A stretch of 64,000 nt of DNA from an uncultured delta proteobacterium (GCA_963704165.1 CAVPHD010000009.1:64001-128000), one strand, 5' to 3'. Positions 1 to 9,460 are shown, counted from the stretch's first letter. Notes: generated by a model not told the origin, from the letters alone. Numbers and translations: made by a program.

Positions 1-2654
1 CGCTCCGGATGCTCGGGCAGGCCTTCGATTCGCGCGCGGCCGATTCGGTCGCCGCCGCTCTTCGGAACCACCCACGGCTGATGGCTACCGACGGCGTCGA
101 GCAGGCCGGAGACGTTGAGCGGCCGTTTCTCGTCGTTGCAGGACAGCAGCACGATGTCGTCGCCTTCGAGCGTGGCGAGCGAGAGGCGCGCGCCGGTGCG
201 CAGTCTCAGTCGCCGGCCGATCTCGCCCGGATCCAGATTCGCGGGCACGCGCGCGACCGCGAGCTGGTACTCGCCGAAGTGCACCATGCGCGGGTCGTTC
301 GCCTCGACCCAGTCGGTCTCCGCGCGATACACGTCCGGCGCCGATGGCAGATCGATCGGCTTGCCGGCGAGCACCGGCATGATCTCGGCTCGGTGTTCTC
401 CCGGGTTCTCCGCCATTCGCTTGATCAGCGCGATCACGCGATTGCCCCACTTCTGCATGTCGGCGTCGGAAAGACGGCGCGCCGATAGATCGACGAGCTT
501 GTCGGTGAAGCGGCTGCGCCGCTCCGTCACCTGGCTGACGGCTCCGAGCGGGCTCGTGGCGTTCTCTTCGATCACGATCGAATCCCGCCCGAGAACCGCA
601 CGCAGGCGCTCGAGATCCTCGATCGCCCATTCGTGATGGTCAAACCATTGCAGCCGGCCGCGGAACAGCTCCGCAGTGTCGAGCACTTCTTTCGGGCGCG
701 GCTGCGCGCTGCAGCCCACGACGAGCACGTCGACGTTCTCGGCGATGTCCGTCGCCGGTCCCTTGAAGAAGTCCATCAACCCGTCTTGCGGCGTGACGCG
801 GAACGACACGATCGTGCGTCGGTCTCGTGCGAGTACGAGCGCGGCGAGGATCGAATCCGGATCGTCGCGGACGAGGATCGCGGCGCGCTGCCTGCGCGCA
901 CGCGGTGGCGAGACCTCGACCGGCTCCGCGGCGGGACCCGCTTCGGGCTCCTCGTCGCCGTCGGTGAGGGTGGCTTCCAGGTCGCTCGTGAGCTGTTCGT
1001 CCAGAGCCGAGGCGGCGATGGGCGACGCCTCTTCATCGGTCGCGTCCGCGGCGTCGCGCGGTTCGAGCTCGTCATCGCGCGCGTCGCCGCGAGTCTCGGC
1101 CTCGCCCGCGATTCCGTCCGCGTCCTCGGACGTACCCAGCCGAGCTCCCTCTTCGGATCGCGCCCCGCCACCGCGCCGACCACCGCGACGTCTGCGTCCG
1201 CGACGACCCCGCGATCGCCCCGATTCCTCCTCGCCGACGGGCGCATCCGAAGCTTCCGCCTCGGGCTCGCGCTCCGCTTCGAACGAGGCCGCGTGTTCGA
1301 ACTCGCCCCCGTCGTCGCGCTTCCCTTCCGACGTACCGACGGCGAGCTCGGCCGCTCGGCGAGCTTCACGTCGGGCGTTTCGCTCCTCCGCCGCAGCGGC
1401 CGCGTCGTAGACACTCGCCGCGGCCCCGCCGGACTCGCGGTCGCCGTCGCGCCGCCGGCGACGTCCACGCCGCCCCCCGCGACGCTGCGACCGACCATCG
1501 TCTTCGCGCGTCTCGTCACCATCCAGAGCGTCGTCGGATTCCCGAGCCACCTCGGATGTGAACTCGCGCGCCGGCGCTTCCGGAAGACCGCGCTCTCCGA
1601 TCGGGCCCGCGAGTACCTCGAGGATCTCGCGCGCCTCGTCGGCGATCCCGTCCGCCGAGATGAAAATCCGCGGCGCACCGATCGCACCCGGGCTCCAGAT
1701 CTCGCGATCGAGATCGAGCAGGTGCCAGCCCGCGACCAGACCGGGGACGTCCGAGACTTCGATCCGAGGTCGAATCGCGCCGACGACGGGCCGACCCGCG
1801 ATGTCGATGCCGACCCAGTCGATCGCATCGTCTCCTTGCTCGTTCCAGGGAAGCCAGCGCGCGGTGACGCCCGCGTGCGCCTCGTCGGCACAGCGCTCCA
1901 CCAACGCATCGCGCCGGGCCGCGGAACCGTCGAGCAGCTTCGTGTCGTCTGCGAGTCGCACGACCCACTCGTGCAGATCCGCGCCAATCCGCGCGAAGCC
2001 TGCCTCGGTCGCGCGAATGGTTCGGTTCTCGGGAAGGGCGATCGAGACGACGACCTCGTCGCCCTCGACGCTGACACGCGCGGCGCGCTCGCCGCGCACG
2101 TACAGCAGGTAGCTCGACCCCGCAGGGCGAACTCCGCCGCCCCCGGAAACGGCCGAAGCGCCCTCGAGTACGCGCAGCACGCGGGCGAGCAGGTTCGTGC
2201 TGCCGCCGACGATGGAGGGCCGGGCGGGTGCGGGATGACTCTCGAGCTCGAAGGTCGCGCCTTCCTCCGCCAGCGCCGGCAACGCCAGCAGGTGCACCGA
2301 CGGACCGCACTCGGCTGCGCGCGAAGCCGCGCGCCGGGTGCGCAGAGAGAACTGCGGAGCGGCGATCAGGACCTCGTTCAAGCTGCGGCCACCACCCGCT
2401 CGGCGCGCGGCGATCCGCGCCCAGCCGAGCAGGTCGAGGCCATCCCGGCGGCTCGCGAGCAGAGCGATCGGGCGATTGCCCTGCCATCGCGCCACGCCGG
2501 CCTCCAGACCCTCCGGAAGCTCGTCGAAATTCTCCAGCTCGCGGACCTCGACCAGATCGATGCCGCGCAGATCGCGAAGTCGATCGAGCATACGTCCGCC
2601 GCCGCTGCCGCCGCGGCCGAACCAGCGACCGGCTCCCCAGCCTCGCTTCCTCAA
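1..2654 (-). CDS. Large multidomain protein, runs off the left edge (>884 aa): unknown N-terminus, degenerate PD-(D/E)XK-like segment, Arg-rich/acidic disordered linker, C-terminal DHH/DHHA1-like domain
   Basis: Translated by hand; absent from the ORF track, probably because no stop lies inside the window. AGGAGG RBS precedes TTG at 2654 (alternative ATG at 2591), and the frame is the same at the start, at the DHH motif and at base 3. Motifs: AILVRDDPDSILAA, VDVLVVG, QWFDHHEW (DHH at 633-641), AIDWVGIDIAGRPVV (~1770-1826). Confidence 0.8.
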   Translation of the reverse strand, partial: MRKRGWGAGRWFGRGGSGGGRMLDRLRDLRGIDLVEVRELENFDELPEGLEAGVARWQGNRPIALLASRRDGLDLLGWARIAARRAGGGRSLNEVLIAAPQFSLRTRRAASRAAECGPSVHLLALPALAEEGATFELESHPAPARPSIVGGSTNLLARVLRVLEGASAVSGGGGVRPAGSSYLLYVRGERAARVSVEGDEVVVSIALPENRTIRATEAGFARIGADLHEWVVRLADDTKLLDGSAARRDALVERCADEAHAGVTARWLPWNEQGDDAIDWVGIDIAGRPVVGAIRPRIEVSDVPGLVAGWHLLDLDREIWSPGAIGAPRIFISADGIADEAREILEVLAGPIGERGLPEAPAREFTSEVARESDDALDGDETREDDGRSQRRGGRRGRRRRRDGDRESGGAAASVYDAAAAAEERNARREARRAAELAVGTSEGKRDDGGEFEHAASFEAEREPEAEASDAPVGEEESGRSRGRRGRRRRGGRRGGGARSEEGARLGTSEDADGIAGEAETRGDARDDELEPRDAADATDEEASPIAASALDEQLTSDLEATLTDGDEEPEAGPAAEPVEVSPPRARRQRAAILVRDDPDSILAALVLARDRRTIVSFRVTPQDGLMDFFKGPATDIAENVDVLVVGCSAQPRPKEVLDTAELFRGRLQWFDHHEWAIEDLERLRAVLGRDSIVIEENATSPLGAVSQVTERRSRFTDKLVDLSARRLSDADMQKWGNRVIALIKRMAENPGEHRAEIMPVLAGKPIDLPSAPDVYRAETDWVEANDPRMVHFGEYQLAVARVPANLDPGEIGRRLRLRTGARLSLATLEGDDIVLLSCNDEKRPLNVSGLLDAVGSHQPWVVPKSGGDRIGRARIEGLPEHPE

Positions 2655-2736
2655 GCTGAGTCCTCCTGCATCGCGGCGCCAACTCTATCCGCCACGACGA
2701 CCGCCGCCAGAGGGCCGGCGCACGGAATCGGTCCGT

Positions 2737-3877
2737 CTAGACGTGGGTATGTGGATCGAAGAGCCGATCGTGCTCGTCCATCGCGAAGCGGTCGGTCATG
2801 CCCGCGACGTAGTCGACGATCGCCCGCTCCTCCGGCTCTCCGCGCGCACGGTCGAGCACGTGCGGCGGCAGCTGACGCGGGATCGGCGGCGTAGGCGCGC
2901 CAGAGATCACCGAGGATGCGATCGGCCTTCGCGGCCATCCTCACCACACGGTGATTGCGATAGAAGTTCTCGAGCAGATAGCGCGCGAGCGCGCGTTTCT
3001 CGGTCGCGATCTCCGGAGAGAAGCCGATCAGCGGCTCGGTGGCGGCGCAGGCCTCGGCGGCCGACTTCGGCGCCGCTCGCTCGAGCCGGTTCGCGCTCGA
3101 CTCGATCAGGTCGCTGACCAGCAGGTCGATCAGGACGACCGTGACTCGGGGACGGAGGGTTCTCTCGGAGACATCGGCCTCGGCGCGAAGCACTTCCATC
3201 GCACGCCGGAACAACGCGAGCTCGGAGAGCGAATTCCAGTCGAGCAGATCCGCGCGCAGGCCGTCATCGAGGTCGTGGGTGTGGTAGGCGATCTCGTCGG
3301 AGAGATTCGCGATCTGCGCCTCCACCGTCGGTCCCGCTCCCAGATCCGGCAGTGGCACGGGGTGTGGATAGCGCGGAAAGTCCGAGCCGTGCTTCAGGAT
3401 GCCCGCACGAGTCTCGGCCGTGAGGTTCAGCCCCGGGTAGCGCTCGGAACGGTCCTCGAGCCAATCGACGATCCGCAGGCTCTGACGGTTGTGTTCGAAG
3501 CCGCCGTGCCCCTTCAACAGATCGTGCAGTACACGCTCGCCCGCATGACCGAAAGGCGGATGTCCGAGATCGTGCGCGAGCACGATCGCCTCGACGAGAT
3601 CCTCGTTCGCACCGAGCGCGCGGGCGACCGTGCGTGCGATCTGCGCGACCTCGAGCGTGTGAGTGAGCCGGTTCCGGAAGTGATCCCCCTCGTGATACGG
3701 AAAGACCTGCGTCTTGTACTGGAGCCGCCGGAACGCTCGCGCGTGAAGAACGCGATCGCGATCGCGCTGGAAGACGGTGCGATACGGGTGCTCCGGCTCG
3801 GGCTCGACTCGCCCGCGCGAGTCGCGCGCGCAGACCGCGTACGGAGCGAGGATCTCGCTCTCTCGCTGCTCGGTCAC
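2737..3877 (-). CDS. dgt: Deoxyguanosinetriphosphate triphosphohydrolase (HD-domain dGTPase); +1 frameshift near 2880
   Basis: FQRDRDR, FRRLQYKTQV, RNRLTHTLEV, LAHDLGHPPFGHAGE, FEHNRQSLR. The C-terminal DYVAGMTDRFA lies in the next frame, ending at TAG 2737. Confidence 0.95.
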
Positions 3878-3897
3878 GACCCGGGTTCGCAGCGTCT

Positions 3898-4197
3898 CTA
3901 TGGCTCCCTCGTCTTCTCCTCGACCAGTCGATCGAGCCTTGCGCGCTCGTCGGCGCTGAACTGCTCCACGGCGCGCTCGGGAGGAGCGGTCGATACGGGC
4001 GGCGGATCGGAAGCGACACCCGCGACGCGCTCGGCCGCCTTGTCACCCATCGCGCGCGCCGTCGCCTGCACGCTCTTCACGAGCTCGACGGGGGTGCGAA
4101 CGCGAAGCGTCAGCGTGAGTGTCTTCGGCTCCCAGTTCGGCTCGACGAGCAGAAACGCGGCTCCGAGCAGGACGAGGAGGAACAGGAGGCGGAACAA
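3898..4197 (-). CDS. Small hypothetical protein with N-terminal hydrophobic anchor or signal
   Basis: 99-aa ORF beginning FRLLFLLVLLGAAFLLV that fills the gap between the HIT gene and dgt on the same strand. Confidence 0.7.
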   Translation of the reverse strand: MFRLLFLLVLLGAAFLLVEPNWEPKTLTLTLRVRTPVELVKSVQATARAMGDKAAERVAGVASDPPPVSTAPPERAVEQFSADERARLDRLVEEKTREP

Positions 4198-4244
4198 TCG
4201 AATCTACCTCGCGGTGGGCGGACCGAACGGAGTCTAAGTCAGGC

Positions 4245-4592
4245 CTATCCGGGCGGCCAGCGGAAGCTCCGGCCGCCGAGCAGGTGCAGATGCAGGTGAT
4301 ACACGGTCTGTCCAGCCGCCGCGTTCGTGTTGAACACGAGTCGGAAGCCCGGATCCGCGATTCCGAGTTCACGAGCGAGTCCGGCCGCGGCCTGCACGAG
4401 CTCACCGATCAACGCGTGGTCCTCGACGCCGATCTCGAGCGCGCTCGCGATGTGCTTTCGCGGAATCAGCTGCACGTGGGCCGGTGCCTGCGGGTGGATG
4501 TCTTCGAACGCGACGATCCGTTCGCTCTCGAAGACGATTCGCGCCGGCAGCTCTCGGGCTGCGATCCGACAGAACAGACAGTCCGGTTTCAT
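4245..4592 (-). CDS. hinT: Histidine triad nucleotide-binding protein (Hint family)
   Basis: DCLFCRI start, AFEDIHPQAPAH, GQTVYHLHLHLLGGR, WPPG end. Confidence 0.95.
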   Translation of the reverse strand: MKPDCLFCRIAARELPARIVFESERIVAFEDIHPQAPAHVQLIPRKHIASALEIGVEDHALIGELVQAAAGLARELGIADPGFRLVFNTNAAAGQTVYHLHLHLLGGRSFRWPPG

Positions 4593-4630
4593 CGTGCCCT
4601 CACCAAAGTGCGGCCGAGTATACTCGCCCG

Positions 4631-5731
4631 GTGAGCCGACTCGAAATGCCAGAGCGCCTGCTGCTCGGCCCCGGACCGAGCAACGTTTCCGACGAGGTGC
4701 GCGAGGCCCTCGCAAGGCCGCTCATCGGTCATCTCGATCCCGCCTTCCTCGCGCTTCTCGACGAGGTGCAGGCGCAGCTCTCGACGGTATTCCGCACGCC
4801 CGACGGCGCGCTGACCCTGCCGATTTCGGGAACCGGGAGCGCGGGCATGGAAGCCTGCCTGGTGAACCTGCTCGAGCCCGACGACCTCCTGCTCGTAGCC
4901 GTGAACGGCGTCTTCGGCGAGCGGATGGCGGTGATCGGCGAACGCTGCGGCGCGCGCGTGCATCGCGTCGAGGCCGAGATGGGCGAGATCGTCGCGCCGA
5001 AACGACTCGTCGCGGAGATCGAGGCGCGACGTCCCGACGTGGTCGCCCTCGTTCATGCCGAGACTTCGACCGGCGTCGCGCAACCCATCGCCGATGTCGC
5101 GCACGCGGCGCGCGCGATGGGCGCCCTCGTCGTGCTCGACTGCGTCACATCGCTCTCGGGGATGGATGTGCGCATGGGAGACTGGGAGATCGACGCGGCC
5201 TATTCCGGTACGCAGAAGTGTCTCGCCTGCCCGCCCGGTCTCTCGCCTCTGGCGATCGGCCCACGCGGTCTCGCCCGTCTCGAGCGCCGGAAGCGTCCCG
5301 TGCAGAGCTGGTACCTCGATCTCTCGTTGATCGGCCGCTACTTCGGGGAGAAGCGCGTCTACCACCACACCGCGCCGATCTCGATGATCTTCGCTCTGCA
5401 TGCCGCCCTTTCGCGCGTGCTCGCGGAAGGCCTCGAGGAGCGATTCGCGCGTCATCGACAGGCACACGAACGACTGGTCCACGGCCTCGAAGCGCTGGGA
5501 TTCGAGATGCTCGTGCCCGCGGAGCATCGGCTCCCGATGCTGAACACGGTACGGCCGCCGGTCGCAGACGAAGCGAAGCTGCGACGGAGACTGCTCGACG
5601 ACTACGGGATCGAGATCGGAGGCGGGCTCGGCAAGCTCGCAGGACGAGTCTGGCGGATCGGGTTGATGGGTGAGAACGCGCGGCCAGAGATCGTCGACCG
5701 GCTGCTCGCCGCGCTGCGCGCGCTGCTCTAG
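4631..5731 (+). CDS. Alanine-glyoxylate / serine-pyruvate aminotransferase (class V)
   Basis: LLLGPGPSNV, HAETSTGV, SGTQKCL (PLP lysine), YHHTAP, WRIGLMG. Confidence 0.93.
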   Translation: MSRLEMPERLLLGPGPSNVSDEVREALARPLIGHLDPAFLALLDEVQAQLSTVFRTPDGALTLPISGTGSAGMEACLVNLLEPDDLLLVAVNGVFGERMAVIGERCGARVHRVEAEMGEIVAPKRLVAEIEARRPDVVALVHAETSTGVAQPIADVAHAARAMGALVVLDCVTSLSGMDVRMGDWEIDAAYSGTQKCLACPPGLSPLAIGPRGLARLERRKRPVQSWYLDLSLIGRYFGEKRVYHHTAPISMIFALHAALSRVLAEGLEERFARHRQAHERLVHGLEALGFEMLVPAEHRLPMLNTVRPPVADEAKLRRRLLDDYGIEIGGGLGKLAGRVWRIGLMGENARPEIVDRLLAALRALL

Positions 5732-7752
5732 AAGGACGGGTCGGGAGCGCCGGCCACGTCTCCGATTCGGTGGGGCTCGGCGGAGATCCCGTCGAGACCG
5801 ATTCCCACCCGCGCCTCGACGGGGAAGTACCGCGCGATGCCCAGCCAGCGCGCGAAGGGAATCACGAGCGATGCACGCGGTCCGGACGTGCCGACCTCGA
5901 GCGATAGCCGCGCCTCGTCGAAGCTCGCGCGCACGCCGATCCCCAGATCTCCACTCGAATCCCCGTTGGCGTAGAAGATCGGGGCGAGTGTGCGCCGCAC
6001 CTCGATGCACGGCATCTCTTGCGGACAGGCCGCGCTCTCGCCTCCGAGCGATCGCTCCGCGACGACGTCCTCGTCCCGCCGCTCGATCTCGATGTCTCCC
6101 ATCGTCCGCGCGCGCTCGCGGTCCACGAACGCCGCCTCGAGCGCATCGGCTCCGGATGCCAGCTCGGTCGCCCACGGGCGCGCGATCAGCTTTCGCCCCG
6201 CCCGAACCTGCGCGTCCAGACGCCGCAGAGAGCGGAGCACGTCGTTCGAGCTCGCGCCGCGCGCACCCAGCGTCTCATCCTCGATCCCCGTCGCCAGCCG
6301 TGCCAGCAGGTCGAGTGACGCCGCCATCGACACCTCGGTGCCAGACTCGGTCTTCCGACCCCGTCCCGTGTCGAGCGCGAGCAGCACGGCCGACGCGCCG
6401 TCCGAGAGATCGCTGACGATGTCCGATGCCGTGGCTTCGAGCGCGGCTCTCGCGACCACGAGGCGCATCGACGCGAGTCGGGTCCAGGCCGTCTGCGAAT
6501 GCGGGAGGACCAGGACACCGTCCTCGAAGACGGAGACACGCGGACTCTTCTGCTCCTGCACCGCGAGTTCGTCGAGCCACGAGGCGGCTTCGGCGGCCAT
6601 CTCCCCGTCGGGAACGAGTTCGAGGTAGCGCCGTGCGACGTCGCTCAAGTCCCGACCCTCCGGTTGCCAGGAACGCCAGGCGCGTGAGGGAGCGTCGATC
6701 ACCAGGTTCGCCGGAGTCAGTGCGCCACGCCAGGCGCGGATGGACTCCTCCCAGGCCTCGAGCCCGTCGCGACTCAGGGACAGAGCCTCCTGCGGAGACG
6801 GAAGCGCGGTCGCCGCGAGCTCCTGCCCGCCGACCCAGCCGAGCGCGCGGCGCGTTCGATACGATCGGAGCTGCATCTCGAACTCGCTCGACGGGTCCAC
6901 CTCCGGATCGGCGAGGAACTCGCCAGCCCGTCTGGCTGCGAAGTCGGTTCCGCGCGCGATGCGGCGGAACTCGTCGAGCGCACCGGGGCGATCGCCGCCG
7001 AGAAATCGCGCGGTCGCGCGCGCGAGCGCCGCGTCGTTCGCATCGCTCGGGCCGAGCGTCCGTGCGCGTTCGAGATCATCGAGGAGCAGAGCAGCGCCGA
7101 GCTGCACCTCCCAGCTCTCGATCGCGCGGTCCGAGTCGGTCCTCGCCGGAGCCGCGTCCTCGTCGAGCGAGGTCCGCCACTCGCTCTCGTCGAGCGCGTC
7201 GAGCAGGCGATCCGCGCGCGTCGAACCTGGCTCGAGTGCGAGTGCACGATCGATCGTCCGGCGCGTGCGCCGCAGGTCCCCGACTCCAAACGCGCGCTCG
7301 GCGTCGGCGAGCAGCGTAGAGACGCGCGCCTCGCTCTCGCGCCGCTCGAGGTGCGAATAGAGCGCGAGGCTCTCCGGGTCGAGGTCGCCACTTCGGACAC
7401 CCGGAGCGAGAAGTGCGAGCGCCTCGTCTTCGGCCCAGGTTCGGTCGTCCCAATCCCGCACGCCCCGGCCGACCCTTCCGACCGCCCGAAGGAGCTTGAA
7501 GGGCGAGGCCTGTAGAGACGCGTGGATGCCGATGTCGACGAAGTCCGCGGACAGATCCGCGAGCTTCCGTCTGCGTTCGGTGGCGAGCAGCTCGAAGGCC
7601 TCGCCGGCACGCGCCTGATCGCTGCGGAGATCGGGGGTCAGGAGCAGACTCGCCGCTTCCTCGCCACTGTCGAACTCTCCCGCGTCACCGCGAATGCCGA
7701 GCGCGAGCACGAGCAGGCCGAGTCCGAGAGCGAGACGCCGCTCAGGGCGCAT
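5728..7752 (-). CDS. Hypothetical exported protein (~674 aa) with TPR-like helices and a beta-rich C-terminus
   Basis: Signal-like MRPERRLALGLGLLVLALG; TPR-like LADAERAFGVGDL..IDRALALEP; long open frame; stop overlaps the convergent aminotransferase stop at CTAG 5728-5731. Confidence 0.75.
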   Translation of the reverse strand: MRPERRLALGLGLLVLALGIRGDAGEFDSGEEAASLLLTPDLRSDQARAGEAFELLATERRRKLADLSADFVDIGIHASLQASPFKLLRAVGRVGRGVRDWDDRTWAEDEALALLAPGVRSGDLDPESLALYSHLERRESEARVSTLLADAERAFGVGDLRRTRRTIDRALALEPGSTRADRLLDALDESEWRTSLDEDAAPARTDSDRAIESWEVQLGAALLLDDLERARTLGPSDANDAALARATARFLGGDRPGALDEFRRIARGTDFAARRAGEFLADPEVDPSSEFEMQLRSYRTRRALGWVGGQELAATALPSPQEALSLSRDGLEAWEESIRAWRGALTPANLVIDAPSRAWRSWQPEGRDLSDVARRYLELVPDGEMAAEAASWLDELAVQEQKSPRVSVFEDGVLVLPHSQTAWTRLASMRLVVARAALEATASDIVSDLSDGASAVLLALDTGRGRKTESGTEVSMAASLDLLARLATGIEDETLGARGASSNDVLRSLRRLDAQVRAGRKLIARPWATELASGADALEAAFVDRERARTMGDIEIERRDEDVVAERSLGGESAACPQEMPCIEVRRTLAPIFYANGDSSGDLGIGVRASFDEARLSLEVGTSGPRASLVIPFARWLGIARYFPVEARVGIGLDGISAEPHRIGDVAGAPDPSF

Positions 7753-8680
7753 GACTCTTGACTCCCTGGTGGTAGGCGAGCAGCGCCTCGATCCGGGTTC
7801 GCGCCTCGTGACGGAGCGCGGGCTTGTGGTCCTCGCCCGCCAGCTCGTAGGCCGAGAACGCCTGATCGACGAGCGCGTCGTACTGCTCCGCATCGAAGCG
7901 TCCGCGGTTCGTCCGTGCCTGCAGCTGTTCGTGTTGCGCGGCGTCGGCGTAGAGATCTCCGAGTCGCAGCAGGTGCTTCGAGAAGAGCTTCGACTCGCGG
8001 TTCGCCTCGATCAGGGTTCGACAGGCTCGAATCGCCTCGGAGAGACGTCCCGAGCGCTCGAAGCCGTCGACGCGCAGGATCTCCCACGCCTCCACCTCTT
8101 CGCGCGCGAGCGGCTCCTGCGGCGTGTTCCGCACCGCGCGCGCGAGGGACCGCCAGCTCTCGAGGCGTTCCTCGATGAAGTGCAACTCTTCCGCGGCGTT
8201 CGCGAAGGGCCGCTCGGGCGCGGCCGACGCAGACGCGAACATCCCGACGATTCTCGCGCGCTCGGCCGCCGCATCGCCGAGAACGGATCCGGACTGCTTC
8301 ACACGCCCGTAGGCACGCGACGCATCCTCGTACCGGCGCAGCCGCTCGAGTGCCTTCCCGCGCGCGAACTCGATCACGTAGTCGGCGTTCTGCCACTCCG
8401 ATTCCCCGCGCGCACGCTGCGCGGCGAGTCGATCGAGCTTCCAGAGCGCGATCGCATAGACGTTGTTGCCGTCCTCACTCACCGCACGATCGAAGCGATA
8501 GGTGTCGTCTCGCATGTGCAGCTTGAGCTGCGAGATCACCACCGTCAGTGACTCGGCCGCCTCGGATGCGGCGCTCGGACTCTCCGTCGGGGAGAAGCCC
8601 GCACAGCCGACGAGCCAGCCGAGACTCGAGGCGATGAACGCGATCTGTCGAAGGCTTCGCACGCTGTCCGAGAACTGCAT
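7742..8680 (-). CDS. Putative TPR lipoprotein
   Basis: Lipobox-like LVGC after a hydrophobic stretch; TPR-like FARGKALERLRRYEDASRAY and LLRLGDLYADAA; overlaps the start of the downstream gene. Start uncertain (8680 or 8662). Confidence 0.75.
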   Translation of the reverse strand: MQFSDSVRSLRQIAFIASSLGWLVGCAGFSPTESPSAASEAAESLTVVISQLKLHMRDDTYRFDRAVSEDGNNVYAIALWKLDRLAAQRARGESEWQNADYVIEFARGKALERLRRYEDASRAYGRVKQSGSVLGDAAAERARIVGMFASASAAPERPFANAAEELHFIEERLESWRSLARAVRNTPQEPLAREEVEAWEILRVDGFERSGRLSEAIRACRTLIEANRESKLFSKHLLRLGDLYADAAQHEQLQARTNRGRFDAEQYDALVDQAFSAYELAGEDHKPALRHEARTRIEALLAYHQGVKSHAP

Positions 8681-8849
8681 CGACCGTGCCGGGCATCCGG
8701 AAGCGGCAGCTCGTGAGCAGCTGTGCACGCAACCCTCCGCATCGGGGCTCGGGAATCAGCTGCGACCGGGAGAGACTGCGCAACCGCCTTCGCGGGGCGA
8801 ACCGGCGAACACGGTCGAGTTGCGGAGATGTTGCGGATCGATCGCCGTC

Positions 8850-9344
8850 TCAGGGATCGAGCCAGTCCTCCGGGACTCCCGCGAGCGACGCCTCGACCCG
8901 CAGATCTCGCAGTCTCTGCCGCGACGCTTCGAGGGATTGGCGATCTCGGCGGAGCTGAGCACGGAGCTTCAGGACCTCCGGATCCGTGGCCTCACCGCCG
9001 GCGGGCGAGTAGTTCCAGTCCCCCGACGTGGTCTTGCGGAGGCGATCTTGACTGACTTCGACCTTCGCCTCGAGATCCTTCACCTCGAGATTCGCGCGCT
9101 CGAATTCGTCACGCCACGCGACCCGATCCCGGCCTCCGTAGCTGGGCTCCGACGGAGGCGTGTCCGCAAGAATCCCCGGGGGTCGGAGCAACCTCTCGAG
9201 ATCGAGCGGCGCCGACGGCTTGTGCTGGGGCGCCGGGGACACGTCCTCTGGACCGATATCGCCGCCTGGCGGCGGCGCCGATTGCGCCCACGAGCCGGCA
9301 GGGCCGATCAGGAGGAGCAACAGACCGAGACGTGCGCCGCGCAT
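8850..9344 (-). CDS. Hypothetical secreted coiled-coil protein
   Basis: Signal peptide MRGARLGLLLLLIGPAGSWAQ, Pro-rich linker, two heptad-like helices, C-terminal AGVPEDW. Confidence 0.72.
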   Translation of the reverse strand: MRGARLGLLLLLIGPAGSWAQSAPPPGGDIGPEDVSPAPQHKPSAPLDLERLLRPPGILADTPPSEPSYGGRDRVAWRDEFERANLEVKDLEAKVEVSQDRLRKTTSGDWNYSPAGGEATDPEVLKLRAQLRRDRQSLEASRQRLRDLRVEASLAGVPEDWLDP

Positions 9345-9460
9345 CGTCGGCCGAGTATAGGACAGGGCCGCAGCGGCTCCCATCAAGCGCGGGTGACGTG
9401 CGACCGAAGCAGTGAGGAACGCGCGGGATCTCGGGTCTACGCGCGAAGACGGGACCCTAC

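Noticed and set aside
633..2894. 753-aa plus-strand ORF, and the many other long Arg/Ala-rich or antisense ORFs in the track
   Set aside because: These are shadow frames of real genes, expected at high GC; they carry no motifs and overlap well-supported CDSs.
2737..3877. dGTPase as an anti-phage defence gene
   Set aside because: It looks like the ordinary short housekeeping Dgt, with native codon usage and no defence or mobile genes nearby.
8690..8712. SRP RNA-like motif (CCGGAAG..GCAGC)
   Set aside because: The bases flanking GGAA do not pair as SRP helix 8 requires, and the CAGG/AGCA internal loop is absent.
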